Source of the DNA: Burkholderiales bacterium
GTDB taxonomy: Bacteria > Pseudomonadota > Gammaproteobacteria > Burkholderiales > SG8-39
Assembly (NCBI GenBank): GCA_022844545.1
Contig: JALHLN010000001.1
Span: forward strand, 1-45,283
DNA: 45,283 nucleotides
Reading direction: 5' to 3'
Shown: piece by piece, positions 18,973 to 29,325 of the stretch
Numbering within the stretch: position 1 is the stretch's first letter
Layout of the letters: each line of letters opens with the position of its first letter
Notes under the pieces: model-generated
Told to the model about the DNA's origin: nothing
Seen by the model: the letters and a program-made list of their open reading frames with translations, nothing else
Databases searched by the model: none
Made by a program: the position numbers and the translations under genes

Positions 18973-19356
18973 ATGGCCACCGTAGACCTCACCAAGGACA
19001 ATTTCGAGCAGACCGTGACGGATAACCAGATCGTCATCGTGGACTTCTGGGCGCCGTGGTGCGGCCCGTGCAAGGGCTTCGCACCCGTGTTCGAGAAGGC
19101 CGCCGAGTCGCACACGGACGTGGTGTTCGGCAAGGTGAACACGGACGAGCAGCAGGAGCTCGCCGGCGCGTTCAACATCCGCTCCATCCCGACGCTGATG
19201 ATCTTCCGCGAGAAAGTGGTGCTGTTCCAGCAGGCGGGCGCGCTGCCCGGCCAGGCGCTGGAACAGGTGCTGGCGCAGGCGAAGTCCATCGACATGGCCA
19301 AGGTGCACCAGGAGGTCGCCAGCCAGCAGGCCGGCGGCGAAGGGCAGCCGGCTTGA
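18973..19356 (+). CDS. Thioredoxin-family protein (WCGPC) with a short C-terminal extension
   Basis: 127 aa. VIVDFWAPWCGPCKGFAPVF and SIPTLMIF match the thioredoxin fold. Confidence 0.85.
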   Translation: MATVDLTKDNFEQTVTDNQIVIVDFWAPWCGPCKGFAPVFEKAAESHTDVVFGKVNTDEQQELAGAFNIRSIPTLMIFREKVVLFQQAGALPGQALEQVLAQAKSIDMAKVHQEVASQQAGGEGQPA

Positions 19357-20051
19357 TCGAGCTGCGCCGCAGCGCGGAGCGCGGCTATGCCGACCACGGC
19401 TGGCTGAAGTCGTTCCACAGCTTCTCCTTCGCCGGGTACCACGACCCGAGGCACATGGGATTCGGGCCGCTGCGCGTCATCAACGAGGACCGGGTGCGCG
19501 CCGGCAGCGGCTTCGGCAGGCACGGCCACCGCGACATGGAGATCATCAGCTACGTGCTCGAGGGCGCGCTGGCGCACGAGGACTCGATGGGAAACGGCTC
19601 GGCCATCGTGCCGGGCGACGTGCAGCGCATGAGCGCGGGCACCGGGGTGCAGCACAGCGAGTTCAATCACGACAAGGTCGGCGCGACGCATTTTCTGCAG
19701 ATATGGATAGAGCCGGCGCAGGCGGGGATTCAACCCTCCTATGAGCAGAAGCACTTCGACGCCGCCGCCAAGCGCGGCCGCCTGCGCCTGATCGCCTCGC
19801 CCGACGGCGCGGAGGGCTCGGTGAAGCTGCACCAGGACGCGCGCGTCTATGCCGCGCTGCTCGAGGGCGCCGAGCGCGCCACGCATGCCCTCGCGCCAGG
19901 CCGCCGTGCCTACGTGCACGTCGCGCGCGGCGCGCTCGAAGTGAATGGCGAGCGGCTGGAGGCGGGCGACGCGCTCAAGGCGCGCGACGTGGCGCAGGTC
20001 GTGCTGGAGAAGGGCGCGGGGGCCGAAGTGCTACTGTTCGACCTGCCGTGA
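19353..20051 (+). CDS. Pirin-family protein (YhhW-like, cupin)
   Basis: A TTG start at 19353 overlaps the thioredoxin stop by 4 nt. (M)IELRRSAERGYADHGWLKSFHSFSFAGYHDP...GRHGHRDMEIISYVLEG...MSAGTGVQHSEFN is co-linear with E. coli YhhW from residue 1. Confidence 0.85.
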   Translation: MIELRRSAERGYADHGWLKSFHSFSFAGYHDPRHMGFGPLRVINEDRVRAGSGFGRHGHRDMEIISYVLEGALAHEDSMGNGSAIVPGDVQRMSAGTGVQHSEFNHDKVGATHFLQIWIEPAQAGIQPSYEQKHFDAAAKRGRLRLIASPDGAEGSVKLHQDARVYAALLEGAERATHALAPGRRAYVHVARGALEVNGERLEAGDALKARDVAQVVLEKGAGAEVLLFDLP

Positions 20052-20098
20052 CAGATGAAAGGCGACGCGACGTCGTCGTTCCCGAATAGGAGTCAAGA

Positions 20099-20563
20099 AT
20101 GGACACCGGAATCAGCGCCAAGGACCGCAACACCATCGCCGGCGGGCTCTCCCGGCTGCTGGCGGACACCTACGTCCTGTACCTGAAGACGCACAATTTC
20201 CACTGGAACGTAGAGGGGCCGATGTTCCAGACCCTGCACCTGATGTTCATGACCCAGTACACCGAGGCCTGGAACTCGATCGACCTGATCGCGGAGCGGA
20301 TCCGCGCGCTCGGCCATTACGCGCCCGGAACCTACAAGCAGTACATCCGGCTCGCCACGGTCAACGAGACCGAGGGCGTGCCGAAGGCCGAGCGCATGAT
20401 CAAGGACCTGATCGAAGGCCAGGAAGCCGTGGCGCGCACCGCGCGCTCGGTGCTGCCGCTGGCCGAGAAGGCCAACGACCAGCCCACGCTCGACCTCCTC
20501 ACGCAGCGCCTCGACATCCACGAGAAGAACGCGTGGATGCTCAGAAGCCTGCTGAAGAAGTAG
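20099..20563 (+). CDS. dps: Dps (DNA starvation/stationary-phase protection ferritin-like protein)
   Basis: 154 aa. [31 protein letters not shown] and [11 protein letters not shown] are present. Confidence 0.9.
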   Translation: MDTGISAKDRNTIAGGLSRLLADTYVLYLKTHNFHWNVEGPMFQTLHLMFMTQYTEAWNSIDLIAERIRALGHYAPGTYKQYIRLATVNETEGVPKAERMIKDLIEGQEAVARTARSVLPLAEKANDQPTLDLLTQRLDIHEKNAWMLRSLLKK

Positions 20564-20583
20564 CCCCCGCCGGGGCCGCCGCA

Positions 20584-21978
20584 GTGAGCGGCGCGCGCAT
20601 CGAGAAGGACGCCTTCGGCCCGATCGAGGTGCCGGCGGAGCGCCTGTGGGGCGCCCAGACCGAGCGCAGCCTGCGTTTCTTCCGCATCGGCGGCGACCGC
20701 ATGCCGCGGCCGGTGATCCTCGCCCTGGCGCGCATCAAGCGCGCCGCGGCGCAGGCCAACGCGACGCTCGGGTTGCTGGACGAAGCCAGGGCCGGCGCCA
20801 TCGCGCGCGGCGCGGGCGAAGTGCTGGAAGGGCGCCATGACGCCGAGTTCCCGCTGGTGGTGTGGCAGACCGGCTCCGGCACCCAGTCGAACATGAACGT
20901 GAACGAGGTGCTGGCGAACCGCGCCTCGGAGCTGCTGGGCGGGCCCCGCGGCGAGGGACGCCTGGTGCACCCGAACGACCATGTGAACCTGGGCCAGTCC
21001 TCCAACGACGTGTTCCCGACCGCAATGCACGTCGCCGCCGCCCAGGCGCTGCGCGACGAACTGCTCCCCGAGCTGGGAAAGCTGGCGGCCTCGCTGGAGG
21101 CGAAGCGCGCCGCGTTCGAGGACATCATCAAGATCGGCCGCACCCACCTGCAGGACGCCACCCCGCTCACGCTGGGCCAGGAGTTCTCCGGCTACGTGGC
21201 GCAGCTGGGCCAGGCGCGGCGCGCGATCGAGGCCGCGCTGCCGGGCCTGAGCGAACTTGCCATTGGCGGCACCGCGGTCGGCACCGGCCTGAACACGCAC
21301 CCGCGCTTTGCGCAGATGGTGGCGGATGCGCTTGCCGCCGAGACCGGCATCGCATTCGCGCCGGCGGAGAACCGGTTCGCGGCGCTGGCGGGGCACGAGG
21401 CGCTGGTGTTCGCGCACGGGGCGCTGAAGACGCTCGCCGCCGCGCTCTCCAAGATCGCCAACGACATCCGCCTGCTTGCCTCAGGCCCGCGCTCGGGGCT
21501 GGGCGAGCTGGCGATCCCGGAGAACGAGCCGGGCAGCTCCATCATGCCGGGCAAGGTGAATCCCACCCAGGCGGAGGCACTGACCATGCTGTGCGCCCAG
21601 GTGATGGGCAACGACGTCGCCCTCGGCATCGGCGGCGCCTCCGGGCACTTCGAGCTCAATGTCTACAAGCCGCTCATCATCCACAACTTCCTGCACAGCG
21701 CGCGCCTGCTGGCCGACGGCATGGCGAGCTTCGAGGCGCACTGCGTGCGCGGCATCGAGCCCAATCGCGCGCGCATCGACGAGCTGGTGGGTCGGTCCCT
21801 GATGCTGGTGACCGCGTTGGCGCCGCGCATCGGCTATGATCGCGCCGCCGCGATCGCCAAGAAGGCGCACCGCGAGGGAAGCACGCTGCGCGAGGCGGCA
21901 TTGGCGCTGGGGCACGTGTCCGCGGCGGATTTCGACGACTGGGTAAGGGCGCAAGACATGCTGGGACCGAAGCAATGA
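20584..21978 (+). CDS. fumC: Class II fumarate hydratase
   Basis: [16 protein letters not shown] is the family signature. I trimmed the ORF to the GTG at 20584 ([29 protein letters not shown]). This avoids overlap with dps and gives a ~464-aa product of the expected length. Confidence 0.9.
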   Translation: MSGARIEKDAFGPIEVPAERLWGAQTERSLRFFRIGGDRMPRPVILALARIKRAAAQANATLGLLDEARAGAIARGAGEVLEGRHDAEFPLVVWQTGSGTQSNMNVNEVLANRASELLGGPRGEGRLVHPNDHVNLGQSSNDVFPTAMHVAAAQALRDELLPELGKLAASLEAKRAAFEDIIKIGRTHLQDATPLTLGQEFSGYVAQLGQARRAIEAALPGLSELAIGGTAVGTGLNTHPRFAQMVADALAAETGIAFAPAENRFAALAGHEALVFAHGALKTLAAALSKIANDIRLLASGPRSGLGELAIPENEPGSSIMPGKVNPTQAEALTMLCAQVMGNDVALGIGGASGHFELNVYKPLIIHNFLHSARLLADGMASFEAHCVRGIEPNRARIDELVGRSLMLVTALAPRIGYDRAAAIAKKAHREGSTLREAALALGHVSAADFDDWVRAQDMLGPKQ

Positions 21979-22541
21979 ATAGACGCGGATTCCTCGCCAC
22001 GCTGGGCGCGCTGGGCGCCACCGCCGGTTGCTCGACGCCGGGCGTCAAGCTGGATGCACCCTACATTCAGACCCCGTACGGGGTGGTGGAGGAAATGCTG
22101 CAGCTCGCGAAAGTGGGGCCGAGCGACGTGCTCTACGACCTCGGTTGCGGCGACGGCCGCATCGTGATCACGGCGGCGCAGGTGCACGGCGCGCGGGGGG
22201 TCGGGATCGACATCGATCCGCGTCGCATCGCCGAGGCGAACGAGGCGGCGAGGCGCGCCGGCGTCGCCGGACGGGTGCGGTTCGCGGTGCAGGACCTGTT
22301 CCAGACCGACTTTTCCGAGGCGAGCGTGGTCTCGCTGTACCTTTATCCGGAGCTGAACGCCCGTCTTAGGCCGAAGCTGCTGGCCGACCTCAAGCCGGGA
22401 TCGCGCATCGTCTCGCACCAGTTCGGCATAGGAGACTGGACGCCGCTCGCGACCAAGCAGGTGACGCCGAGCGACCGCGAGCACTGGACGACCGGGGACC
22501 GGGACCACTTGATCCATCTGTGGATCGTGCCGCCGCGCTGA
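21975..22541 (+). CDS. Class I SAM-dependent methyltransferase with an N-terminal Tat-like/lipobox signal
   Basis: [19 protein letters not shown] is followed by [17 protein letters not shown] (motif I) and GVGIDID (motif II-like). The start overlaps the fumC stop in an ATGA arrangement. Confidence 0.7.
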   Translation: MNRRGFLATLGALGATAGCSTPGVKLDAPYIQTPYGVVEEMLQLAKVGPSDVLYDLGCGDGRIVITAAQVHGARGVGIDIDPRRIAEANEAARRAGVAGRVRFAVQDLFQTDFSEASVVSLYLYPELNARLRPKLLADLKPGSRIVSHQFGIGDWTPLATKQVTPSDREHWTTGDRDHLIHLWIVPPR

Positions 22542-22588
22542 GCGCCGAGGCAAGTCCGGCGCGCCCGGTGGGATAAGATTCGCCCCCC

Positions 22589-23200
22589 ATGTCCGTCGTC
22601 GTCCTCCTCTCCGGCAGGGGCAGCAACCTGCGGGCACTCGTCGAAGCCGGGATTCCCGTCTCCGGCGTGATCAGCAATGTCGCCGGCGCCGGCGGGCTCG
22701 CCATCGCGGCGGCGCGCGGCATACCGGCGCAGACCATCGCGCACCGGGACTTCGCCTCGCGAGAGGCCTTCGACGCCGCGCTGGCCGCGGCGATCGATGG
22801 CCTGGCGCCGAAGCTGGTGGCTCTGGCCGGGTTCATGCGCATCCTGACGCCGGGATTCGCGCAGCGCTACGCGGGGCGGTTGGTGAACATCCATCCGTCG
22901 CTGCTGCCGTCGTTCACCGGCCTGGACACGCACGCGAGGGCGATCGCCGCGGGCGTGAAGCTGCACGGCTGCACGGTCCATTTCGTCACCGCGGAACTCG
23001 ACCACGGCCCGATCATCGCGCAGGCCGCGGTCCCGGTGAGGGGAGACGACACGCCTGACACGCTCGCCGCGCGCGTGCTGCGCGAAGAGCACGCGCTCTA
23101 CCCGCGGGCGCTGCGCTGGTTTCTCGATGGCCGCCTTGTCCTCGAAAACGGGCAGGTGCGCGTTAAGGGTGGGGATGCGCAAGCTTTCTTTGCTGCTTAG
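22589..23200 (+). CDS. purN: Phosphoribosylglycinamide formyltransferase
   Basis: VVLLSGRGSNL, NIHPSLLPSF and HFVTAELDHGPII are present. Confidence 0.9.
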   Translation: MSVVVLLSGRGSNLRALVEAGIPVSGVISNVAGAGGLAIAAARGIPAQTIAHRDFASREAFDAALAAAIDGLAPKLVALAGFMRILTPGFAQRYAGRLVNIHPSLLPSFTGLDTHARAIAAGVKLHGCTVHFVTAELDHGPIIAQAAVPVRGDDTPDTLAARVLREEHALYPRALRWFLDGRLVLENGQVRVKGGDAQAFFAA

Positions 23201-23786
23201 CCTGGCCTGCGCCGCGGGCGCCGCGCTGGCGGCGCCGCCGCAGCGCGTGGGCGTGGAGTACGAGCTCCGGCGCAACGGCTCCGCCGTTGCCGAGGTCAGC
23301 GAGCGCCTGGAGCACGACGGCAAGGACTACCGCCTGTCACAGACCTGGAAAGGCAAGGGCGTCTACGGGCTTCGCGGCGAGGCGCGGCGCTCCAGCGCGG
23401 GCAGCATCGGGCCGGACGGCCTGCGGCCCGCGGCGTTCGAGGACCTGCGTCCGGGCAAGGATCCGCGGCGCGCCAGCCCGGCCGCCGGCGCGCAGGACCG
23501 CCTCAGCGTGCTTTGGCACTTCGCGTTCAAGCCGCCCGCCGCGCGCGTGACGTTGCGGGTCGCGGATGGCCGCGGCGTGTCCACGCACGTCTACGAGCCG
23601 GCCGGCCGCGAGCGGATCCGGACGCCCGCTGGCGAGTTCCACGCGCTCAGGCTGGAGCGCGTGGACGACGATCGCCGCGCGCAGGTCTGGCTCGCGCCGG
23701 AGCGGGGCAATGTCCCGGTCCGCGTCCTGGTCACGGAGAAGGACGGCACCGTGGTCGAAGTGATCGCCATCCGGATCGCGCAGTGA
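23175..23786 (+). CDS. DUF3108-like secreted protein
   Basis: I trimmed the ORF to the ATG at 23175 (MRKLSLLLSLACAAGAALA signal peptide). The sequence pattern resembles the DUF3108 family. The family call is from memory. Confidence 0.5.
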   Translation: MRKLSLLLSLACAAGAALAAPPQRVGVEYELRRNGSAVAEVSERLEHDGKDYRLSQTWKGKGVYGLRGEARRSSAGSIGPDGLRPAAFEDLRPGKDPRRASPAAGAQDRLSVLWHFAFKPPAARVTLRVADGRGVSTHVYEPAGRERIRTPAGEFHALRLERVDDDRRAQVWLAPERGNVPVRVLVTEKDGTVVEVIAIRIAQ

Positions 23787-25039
23787 CGCCGCGCCCGGCG
23801 CTGGTGGGGCAGGCCGCGGTGCTCCTGGGCGAGTTGCTGCGCTTCTCGGGGCCCGCCGATCAGGCGGTGTCCCGGTACTTCCGCGCCCATCGCAACTTCG
23901 GCCGCGAGGACCGCGCCTTCATCGCCGAGACGGTGTATGCGGTGCTGCGGCGCAAGCGCTCGCTCGTGGCGGCGGCGGGATCCCAGGAGCCGCGCGCGCT
24001 GGTGCTGGCGGCGCTGGTCCGCGTCCTCGGCTTCTCGGGGCGCTCGATGGAAAGCTCGCTCCAGGAGGGTGAAGCCGACCTGATCACGAAGGTAAAGTCC
24101 TTCGACATCCGCCAGCTCGCGCCCGCGGAGCAGTTCGACCTGCCCGACTGGCTTTGGGAACGGCTGCAGGCGCAGAACGGCGCCGGCGAGGCGCAAAAGG
24201 TCGCGCAGGCGTTGCTCAACGCGGCGCCGCTCGACCTGCGCGTCAACCTGGCGAAGCTCGCGCGCGACGAGGCGCTGCAGCGCCTGCGGCAGGACGGGCT
24301 CGAAGGACAGCCGACGCCGCATTCCCCGGCCGGGATCCGCCTCAAGGGCAAGCCATCGATCAACAAGCACCCGCTGTTCCTGGACGGCTCGGTCGAGGTG
24401 CAGGACGAAGGCAGCCAGCTGCTGGCCTACCTGCTCGCGCCACGCCGCGGCGAGATGGTGGCGGATTTCTGCGCCGGCGCCGGCGGCAAGACGCTTGCGC
24501 TCGCGATGCTGATGCGCAACAGCGGCCGGCTCTACGCCATGGACGTCTCGGCCAAGCGCCTGAGCCAGATGGGCCCGCGCGCCGCGCGCGCGGGAGTATC
24601 CAACGTGCACCCGATCGTGCTCGAGGGGGAGAACGACCTGCGCGCCAGGCGCCTCTCGGCCAAGCTGGACCGCGTGCTGGTGGACGCTCCCTGCAGCGGC
24701 TTCGGCACCCTGCGGCGCAACCCGGACCTGAAGTGGCGCCAGCATCCGGAAGCGGTCGCGGAGCTGGCGCAGAAGCAGTTGCGCATCCTCACTGCCGCGG
24801 CGAAGCTGGTGAAGTCCGGTGGCCGCCTGGTCTATGCCACCTGCAGTTTGCTCTCCGAGGAGAACGAGGAAGTCGTGGCAGCGTTCCGGCAGGGCGCGGG
24901 CGAGGCCTTCGCCGAGCTGCATTGCGGGGAACTGCTTGCGGCGCAACGCATCGAACTGCAGTCCGGACCCCGGCTGCGCTTGTGGCCGCACCTGCACGGC
25001 ACCGACGGGTTTTTCGCGGCAGCTTTCAAGCGCGAGTAA
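23783..25039 (+). CDS. rsmB: 16S rRNA (cytosine967-C5)-methyltransferase
   Basis: A GTG start at 23783 overlaps the previous stop. VLVDAPCSGFGTLRRNPDLKW and LVYATCSLL provide the catalytic Cys motifs. The N-terminal segment is NusB-like. Confidence 0.85.
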   Translation: MTPRPALVGQAAVLLGELLRFSGPADQAVSRYFRAHRNFGREDRAFIAETVYAVLRRKRSLVAAAGSQEPRALVLAALVRVLGFSGRSMESSLQEGEADLITKVKSFDIRQLAPAEQFDLPDWLWERLQAQNGAGEAQKVAQALLNAAPLDLRVNLAKLARDEALQRLRQDGLEGQPTPHSPAGIRLKGKPSINKHPLFLDGSVEVQDEGSQLLAYLLAPRRGEMVADFCAGAGGKTLALAMLMRNSGRLYAMDVSAKRLSQMGPRAARAGVSNVHPIVLEGENDLRARRLSAKLDRVLVDAPCSGFGTLRRNPDLKWRQHPEAVAELAQKQLRILTAAAKLVKSGGRLVYATCSLLSEENEEVVAAFRQGAGEAFAELHCGELLAAQRIELQSGPRLRLWPHLHGTDGFFAAAFKRE

Positions 25040-25131
25040 GCGGGGGGCGGGCCGAACGCCCAATTTCCCCTTCCACAACGGGATGTTAGGGTTCCGACGG
25101 AAGAGTTCCCCAAGGCATGACATTGTTTTCA

Positions 25132-25159
25132 TTGCGGGTTTTGGGCATTCGCGTAGAAT
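25132..25159 (+). promoter_or_regulatory. Candidate sigma70 promoter of desA
   Basis: TTGCGG, a 16-nt spacer, then TAGAAT. It lies about 40 nt upstream of the desA start. Confidence 0.4.
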
Positions 25160-25197
25160 CCGCGGGGCCTGTCCCGCCGGGACGCCATTAACTCAAG

Positions 25198-26379
25198 GTG
25201 ACGATGCTCTTCTCCGGATATCTGGATCTTTCCTGGTGGCAACTGGTGCTGGTGGCGCTGGCCCTGACGCACGTCACCATCGCATCGGTCACCATCTTCC
25301 TGCATCGCCACCAGGCGCACCGCGCCATCGACCTGCACCCGATCCCTTCGCATTTCTTCCGCTTCTGGCTCTGGCTCACCACGGGCATGGTGACCAAGGA
25401 GTGGGCGGCGATCCATCGCAAGCACCACGCCAAGTGCGAGACCCGGGAGGATCCCCATAGCCCGCAGGTACACGGCATCAACAAGGTTCTGTGGCTGGGC
25501 GTGTTCCTGTACGTAAAGGAATCGCACCACCCGGAGACCATGGAGCGCTACGGCCACGGCACGCCGGACGACTGGATGGAGCGCAACGTCTACGCCCGGC
25601 ACGCGGTGCTCGGCCTCTGGCTGATGGGCGCGGTCGACGTCGCGCTGTTCGGGCTGGTCCCGGGCCTGCTCATCCTGGTGACGCAGATCGTCTGGATCCC
25701 GTTCTGGGCCGCCGGCGTCATCAACGGCATCGGGCACTTCTGGGGCTACCGCAACTGGGACGTGCCGGCGCCCGACGCCAGCCGCAACATCTCCCCGATT
25801 GGCATCCTGATCGGCGGCGAGGAACTGCACAACAACCACCACGCCTTCCCGGCTTCGGCCAGGTTCGCGCTGAAGTGGTACGAGTTCGACATCGGCTGGA
25901 TCTACATCAAGGCGCTGGAGTCGATGGGCCTTGCCACGGTGAAAAAGGTGGCGCCGACGCCGCGTTTCTCCGACCCCAAGCCGGTGTGCGACGAGAAGAC
26001 GCTCGAAGCCGTGATCGCCAACCGCTACGACGTCCTGGCGCGCTACGCGCGCTCGCTCAAGGCGACCTACCGCCAGGAACTGGCGCGCCTGGGGCAGGCC
26101 TCGCGCGAGGCCGAGGTGCTGAAGTCCGTCAGAGTGAACCTGGTCCGCACGCGCGACCATTCCGCAGCGGAGAAGGCCCGCATCGCCGAGGCGCGAAAGG
26201 CGTCGAAGGCGATCGACACCGCGCTCACCCTGCGCGAGGAACTCGCCGCGCTGTGGGCGCGCTCCAGCGCGTCGCGCGAGCAGCTGCTCAAGCAGTTGCA
26301 GGACTGGGTGCACAAGGCCGAGACCAGCGGCGTTACGCCTCTGGTTGAGTTCAGCCGGCGCTTGCGCTGCTACGCCTGA
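25198..26379 (+). CDS. desA: Membrane acyl-lipid/acyl-CoA desaturase (DesA-like)
   Basis: The three His boxes are HRHQAH, HRKHH and HNNHH. There are N-terminal TM helices and a long helical C-terminal region. The start may be the ATG at 25204 instead of the GTG at 25198. Confidence 0.8.
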   Translation: MTMLFSGYLDLSWWQLVLVALALTHVTIASVTIFLHRHQAHRAIDLHPIPSHFFRFWLWLTTGMVTKEWAAIHRKHHAKCETREDPHSPQVHGINKVLWLGVFLYVKESHHPETMERYGHGTPDDWMERNVYARHAVLGLWLMGAVDVALFGLVPGLLILVTQIVWIPFWAAGVINGIGHFWGYRNWDVPAPDASRNISPIGILIGGEELHNNHHAFPASARFALKWYEFDIGWIYIKALESMGLATVKKVAPTPRFSDPKPVCDEKTLEAVIANRYDVLARYARSLKATYRQELARLGQASREAEVLKSVRVNLVRTRDHSAAEKARIAEARKASKAIDTALTLREELAALWARSSASREQLLKQLQDWVHKAETSGVTPLVEFSRRLRCYA

Positions 26380-26410
26380 GCGGTTGTTCCCCGGCGCAAG
26401 CCGGAGATGA

Positions 26411-26437
26411 AAAAGGCCCGCTCGCAGCGGGCCTTTT
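26411..26437. terminator. Bidirectional rho-independent terminator
   Basis: AAAAGGCCCGC-tcgca-GCGGGCCTTTT. It sits between the convergent desA and rpmG genes. Confidence 0.8.
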
Positions 26438-26460
26438 CATTGGTACAGGAAGGCCGAAGG

Positions 26461-26616
26461 CTACTTCAGCTTCGTTTCCTTGTACATCACGTGCTTGCGC
26501 GCCTTGGGATCGTATTTCATGAGCTCCAGCTTCTCGGGCTTGGTGCGCTTGTTCTTGGTGGTGGTGTAGAAGTGGCCGGTTCCGGCGCTGGACTCGAGCT
26601 TGATCTTTTCCCGCAT
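26461..26616 (-). CDS. rpmG: 50S ribosomal protein L33
   Basis: It is absent from the ORF track because it is too short. Manual reverse translation gives [57 protein letters not shown] lies 6 nt upstream of the ATG. Confidence 0.95.
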   Translation of the reverse strand: MREKIKLESSAGTGHFYTTTKNKRTKPEKLELMKYDPKARKHVMYKETKLK

Positions 26617-26626
26617 GCGGTTCTCC

Positions 26627-26863
26627 TCAGGCTGCCTTGCGCTTGGCTTCGATCTCGGCCAGCACGGCCTCCACGCCCAGCTTGTCGATTCGGCGCAGGC
26701 CAGCGGTGGACACGCGCAGGCGCACCCAGCGCTTCTGCGTTTCGACCCAGAAACGGCGGTAGTGCAGGTTGGGCTGGAAAGTGCGGATGGTCTTGTTGTT
26801 GGCGTGCGAGACCAGGTGGCCCTTCATGGGCTTCTTGCCGGTGACTGCGCAAATTCGGGACAT
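26627..26863 (-). CDS. rpmB: 50S ribosomal protein L28
   Basis: I trimmed the ORF to the ATG at 26863. The product is [40 protein letters not shown]... (78 aa). Confidence 0.95.
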   Translation of the reverse strand: MSRICAVTGKKPMKGHLVSHANNKTIRTFQPNLHYRRFWVETQKRWVRLRVSTAGLRRIDKLGVEAVLAEIEAKRKAA

Positions 26864-26948
26864 GGTTCCGGGCCCTTTGAAAAAGGCGCGAATTATAGCA
26901 GGAAACGGCGCCGGAAAAGGCCGGTAAAACAGGCACTTCACCCGGGGC

Positions 26949-27617
26949 TCAGAGCAGGCCGCGTTCGGCGAAGGACAGCGTCTGGCGGCCGGCGACGATG
27001 AAGTGGTCCAGCACCTTCACCTCCACCAGCGCCAGGGCCTCCCGCAGGTTGCGGGTGAGGAGTTCGTCGGCTTGCGAGGGTTGGGCCACGCCCGACGGGT
27101 GGTTGTGGGCGAAGATCACGGCCGCCGCGTTCGCCGCCAGCGCCGCCTTCACGACTTCCCTGGGGTAAACCGAAGTCTGGGTCAGGGTGCCCCTGAACAG
27201 CTCCCGGCACTCGATCACCCGGTGCTGGGCGTCCAGCCACAGGCAGACGAAGACCTCGTGTGACAGGCCGCCGAGCTGGATCCGCAGGTAGTCGCGCACC
27301 GCGCCAGGGGAGGTGAGCGCCGCGCCCGCCTTGAGATCCTCCTCCAGGCAGCGCCGCGCCACCTCCAGCACCGCGCGCAGCAGCGCCTGCTTGGCTGGTC
27401 CGAGGCCTTTGGCGCGGAGTTCCTGGGGCGCGCGGAACAGACCAACCAGGCCCCCCGAGCCCTGGAGGAGTTCCCGCGCCACTTCTACCGCAGTCTTCCC
27501 GCGGACACCGGTGCGCAGGAAGACCGCAAGCAGTTCCGCGTCGCTCAGCGCCGCGGCGCCCTGCGCCATCAGCCGCTCCCGCGGCCGTTCGGCAAGCGGC
27601 CAGTCCGATATCGCCAT
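26949..27617 (-). CDS. radC: RadC-family JAB/MPN domain protein
   Basis: [14 protein letters not shown] is present and HNHPSG is the JAMM motif. The radC-rpmB-rpmG order and divergent coaBC-dut match the E. coli arrangement. Confidence 0.9.
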   Translation of the reverse strand: MAISDWPLAERPRERLMAQGAAALSDAELLAVFLRTGVRGKTAVEVARELLQGSGGLVGLFRAPQELRAKGLGPAKQALLRAVLEVARRCLEEDLKAGAALTSPGAVRDYLRIQLGGLSHEVFVCLWLDAQHRVIECRELFRGTLTQTSVYPREVVKAALAANAAAVIFAHNHPSGVAQPSQADELLTRNLREALALVEVKVLDHFIVAGRQTLSFAERGLL

Positions 27618-27682
27618 GGCAGATGCCTTTTCCCGGATTCCTCTACAATCCCAGTCCCTTAACGCCCGGGGTGGCTGGCGCG

Positions 27683-28876
27683 ATGACAGTGAAGGGAAAG
27701 CGGATTCTGCTTGGCCTGACGGGCGGCATCGCCGCCTACAAGGCCGCCGAACTGGCGCGGGCCCTGGGCCGCGCTGGCTGCGACGTCCGTGTCGCGATGA
27801 CCGAGGCCGCGACCCGCTTCATCACACCGGTGACGCTGCAGGCCCTGACCGGGCAGGCGGTGTGGACCGACCTCTGGGATCCGCGAGTCGCGGACAACAT
27901 GTCCCATATCGAGCTGTCGCGGGACCGCGACCTCATCTTGGTTGCGCCGGCTTCGGCGGATTTCATGGCCAAGGCCGCTCAGGGCCTGGCGGATGACCTG
28001 CTCACGACGCTGGTGCTGGCACGGCGCTGCCCGCTGATGGTGGCCCCGGCGATGAATGTGGAGATGTGGGACAACCCGGCGACGCAACGCAACCTTCGCA
28101 CCCTGCGCGCGGACGGAGTCGTCTTCGCCGGTCCGGCAGCTGGCGACCAGGCCTGCGGCGAGACCGGCATGGGCCGCATGCTGGAACCCGCGGCGATCGT
28201 CGCCGAGGTCGAGGCCCTGTTCCAGCCGAAGTCGCTCGCCGGCAAGCGCGTGCTGGTGACGGCGGGGCCAACCGAGGAGCGCATCGACCCGGTGCGCGTC
28301 ATCACCAATACCAGTTCCGGGAAGATGGGATACGCGGTGGCGCGCGCGGCGCGCGAGGCGGGCGCCGAGGTCACGCTGGTGAGCGGGCCGGTGGCGCTGG
28401 AGGCTCCCGCCGGCGTGGCGCGCGTCAGCGTGCGCAGTGCGCAGCAGATGTTCGACGCGGTGAAGGCGGCGGTGAAGGGCAGCGACATCTTCATCTCGGT
28501 CGCCGCGGTCGCGGACTGGAAGGTGAAGAATTCGTCGCGGCAGAAGATCAAGAAGGCGAACGGGCGCGCGCCGGCGCTGCAGTTCGAGGAGAACCCGGAC
28601 ATCCTGGCCTGGGTGGCGGCGCAGAAGGACGCGCCGTTCTGCGTCGGCTTCGCCGCGGAGAGCGAGAAGGTCGAGGCGCACGCGCGCGCCAAGCGGCTGA
28701 AGAAGGGCGTGCCGCTGATCGCCGCCAACCTGGCGCAGACTGCCATGGGAGCTGACGACAACGCCCTCACCCTGTATGACGATCGCGGCCGGCACCCGCT
28801 TGGGCGCGGCCCGAAGCTCGATCAGGCGCGAAAGCTGGTCGCCCACTTCGCCGCGATGCTGAACAAGGCGCGCTAG
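27683..28876 (+). CDS. coaBC: Bifunctional phosphopantothenoylcysteine decarboxylase / phosphopantothenate-cysteine ligase
   Basis: I trimmed the ORF to the ATG at 27683 ([21 protein letters not shown]). PAMNVEMW and the C-terminal CoaB domain (TNTSSGKMG) are present. Confidence 0.9.
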   Translation: MTVKGKRILLGLTGGIAAYKAAELARALGRAGCDVRVAMTEAATRFITPVTLQALTGQAVWTDLWDPRVADNMSHIELSRDRDLILVAPASADFMAKAAQGLADDLLTTLVLARRCPLMVAPAMNVEMWDNPATQRNLRTLRADGVVFAGPAAGDQACGETGMGRMLEPAAIVAEVEALFQPKSLAGKRVLVTAGPTEERIDPVRVITNTSSGKMGYAVARAAREAGAEVTLVSGPVALEAPAGVARVSVRSAQQMFDAVKAAVKGSDIFISVAAVADWKVKNSSRQKIKKANGRAPALQFEENPDILAWVAAQKDAPFCVGFAAESEKVEAHARAKRLKKGVPLIAANLAQTAMGADDNALTLYDDRGRHPLGRGPKLDQARKLVAHFAAMLNKAR

Positions 28877-29325
28877 TGCGGCGCCTGGATGTGAAGATCC
28901 TCGACCCGAGGATCCGGGAGATGCTGCCCCAGTACGGCACGCCCGGCGCGGCGGGCCTGGACCTGCGCGCCTGCCTCGATGCCCCGCTGACGCTGCAGCC
29001 GGGCGACAGCCGGCTGGTGGCCTCCGGCATCGCGATCCACATCGGCGACCCGGGTTACGCGGCGATCATCCTGCCGCGTTCCGGCCTTGGGGCGAAGAAC
29101 GGGATCGTGCTGGGCAACCTGGTCGGCCTGATCGACTCCGATTACCAGGGCCAGGTGTTCATCTCGATGTGGAACCGCGGCCAGGCGGCGTTCACCATCC
29201 AGCCCATGGACCGCATTGCGCAGTTGGTGGTGGTGCCGGTGGCGCAGGTCGAGTTCAACGTCGTCGAGGACTTCGCGGCCTCGACCCGCGGCGCCGGCGG
29301 CTTCGGCAGTACCGGTAAGGGCTAG
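28876..29325 (+). CDS. dut: dUTP diphosphatase
   Basis: The GTG start overlaps the coaBC TAG by 1 nt. [22 protein letters not shown] and [10 protein letters not shown] are present. Confidence 0.95.
   Translation: MRRLDVKILDPRIREMLPQYGTPGAAGLDLRACLDAPLTLQPGDSRLVASGIAIHIGDPGYAAIILPRSGLGAKNGIVLGNLVGLIDSDYQGQVFISMWNRGQAAFTIQPMDRIAQLVVVPVAQVEFNVVEDFAASTRGAGGFGSTGKG

Noticed and set aside
26000-26379. The long helical C-terminal extension of DesA (...LLKQLQDWVHKAETSGVTPLVEFSRRLRCYA). It reminded me of transposase C-terminal helices and raised the question of a gene fusion.
   Set aside because: From memory, Pseudomonas-type DesA proteins of about 394 aa end in the same way. The frame is continuous with no repeats or mobile-element signatures nearby. 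The extension is most likely an integral part of the family.
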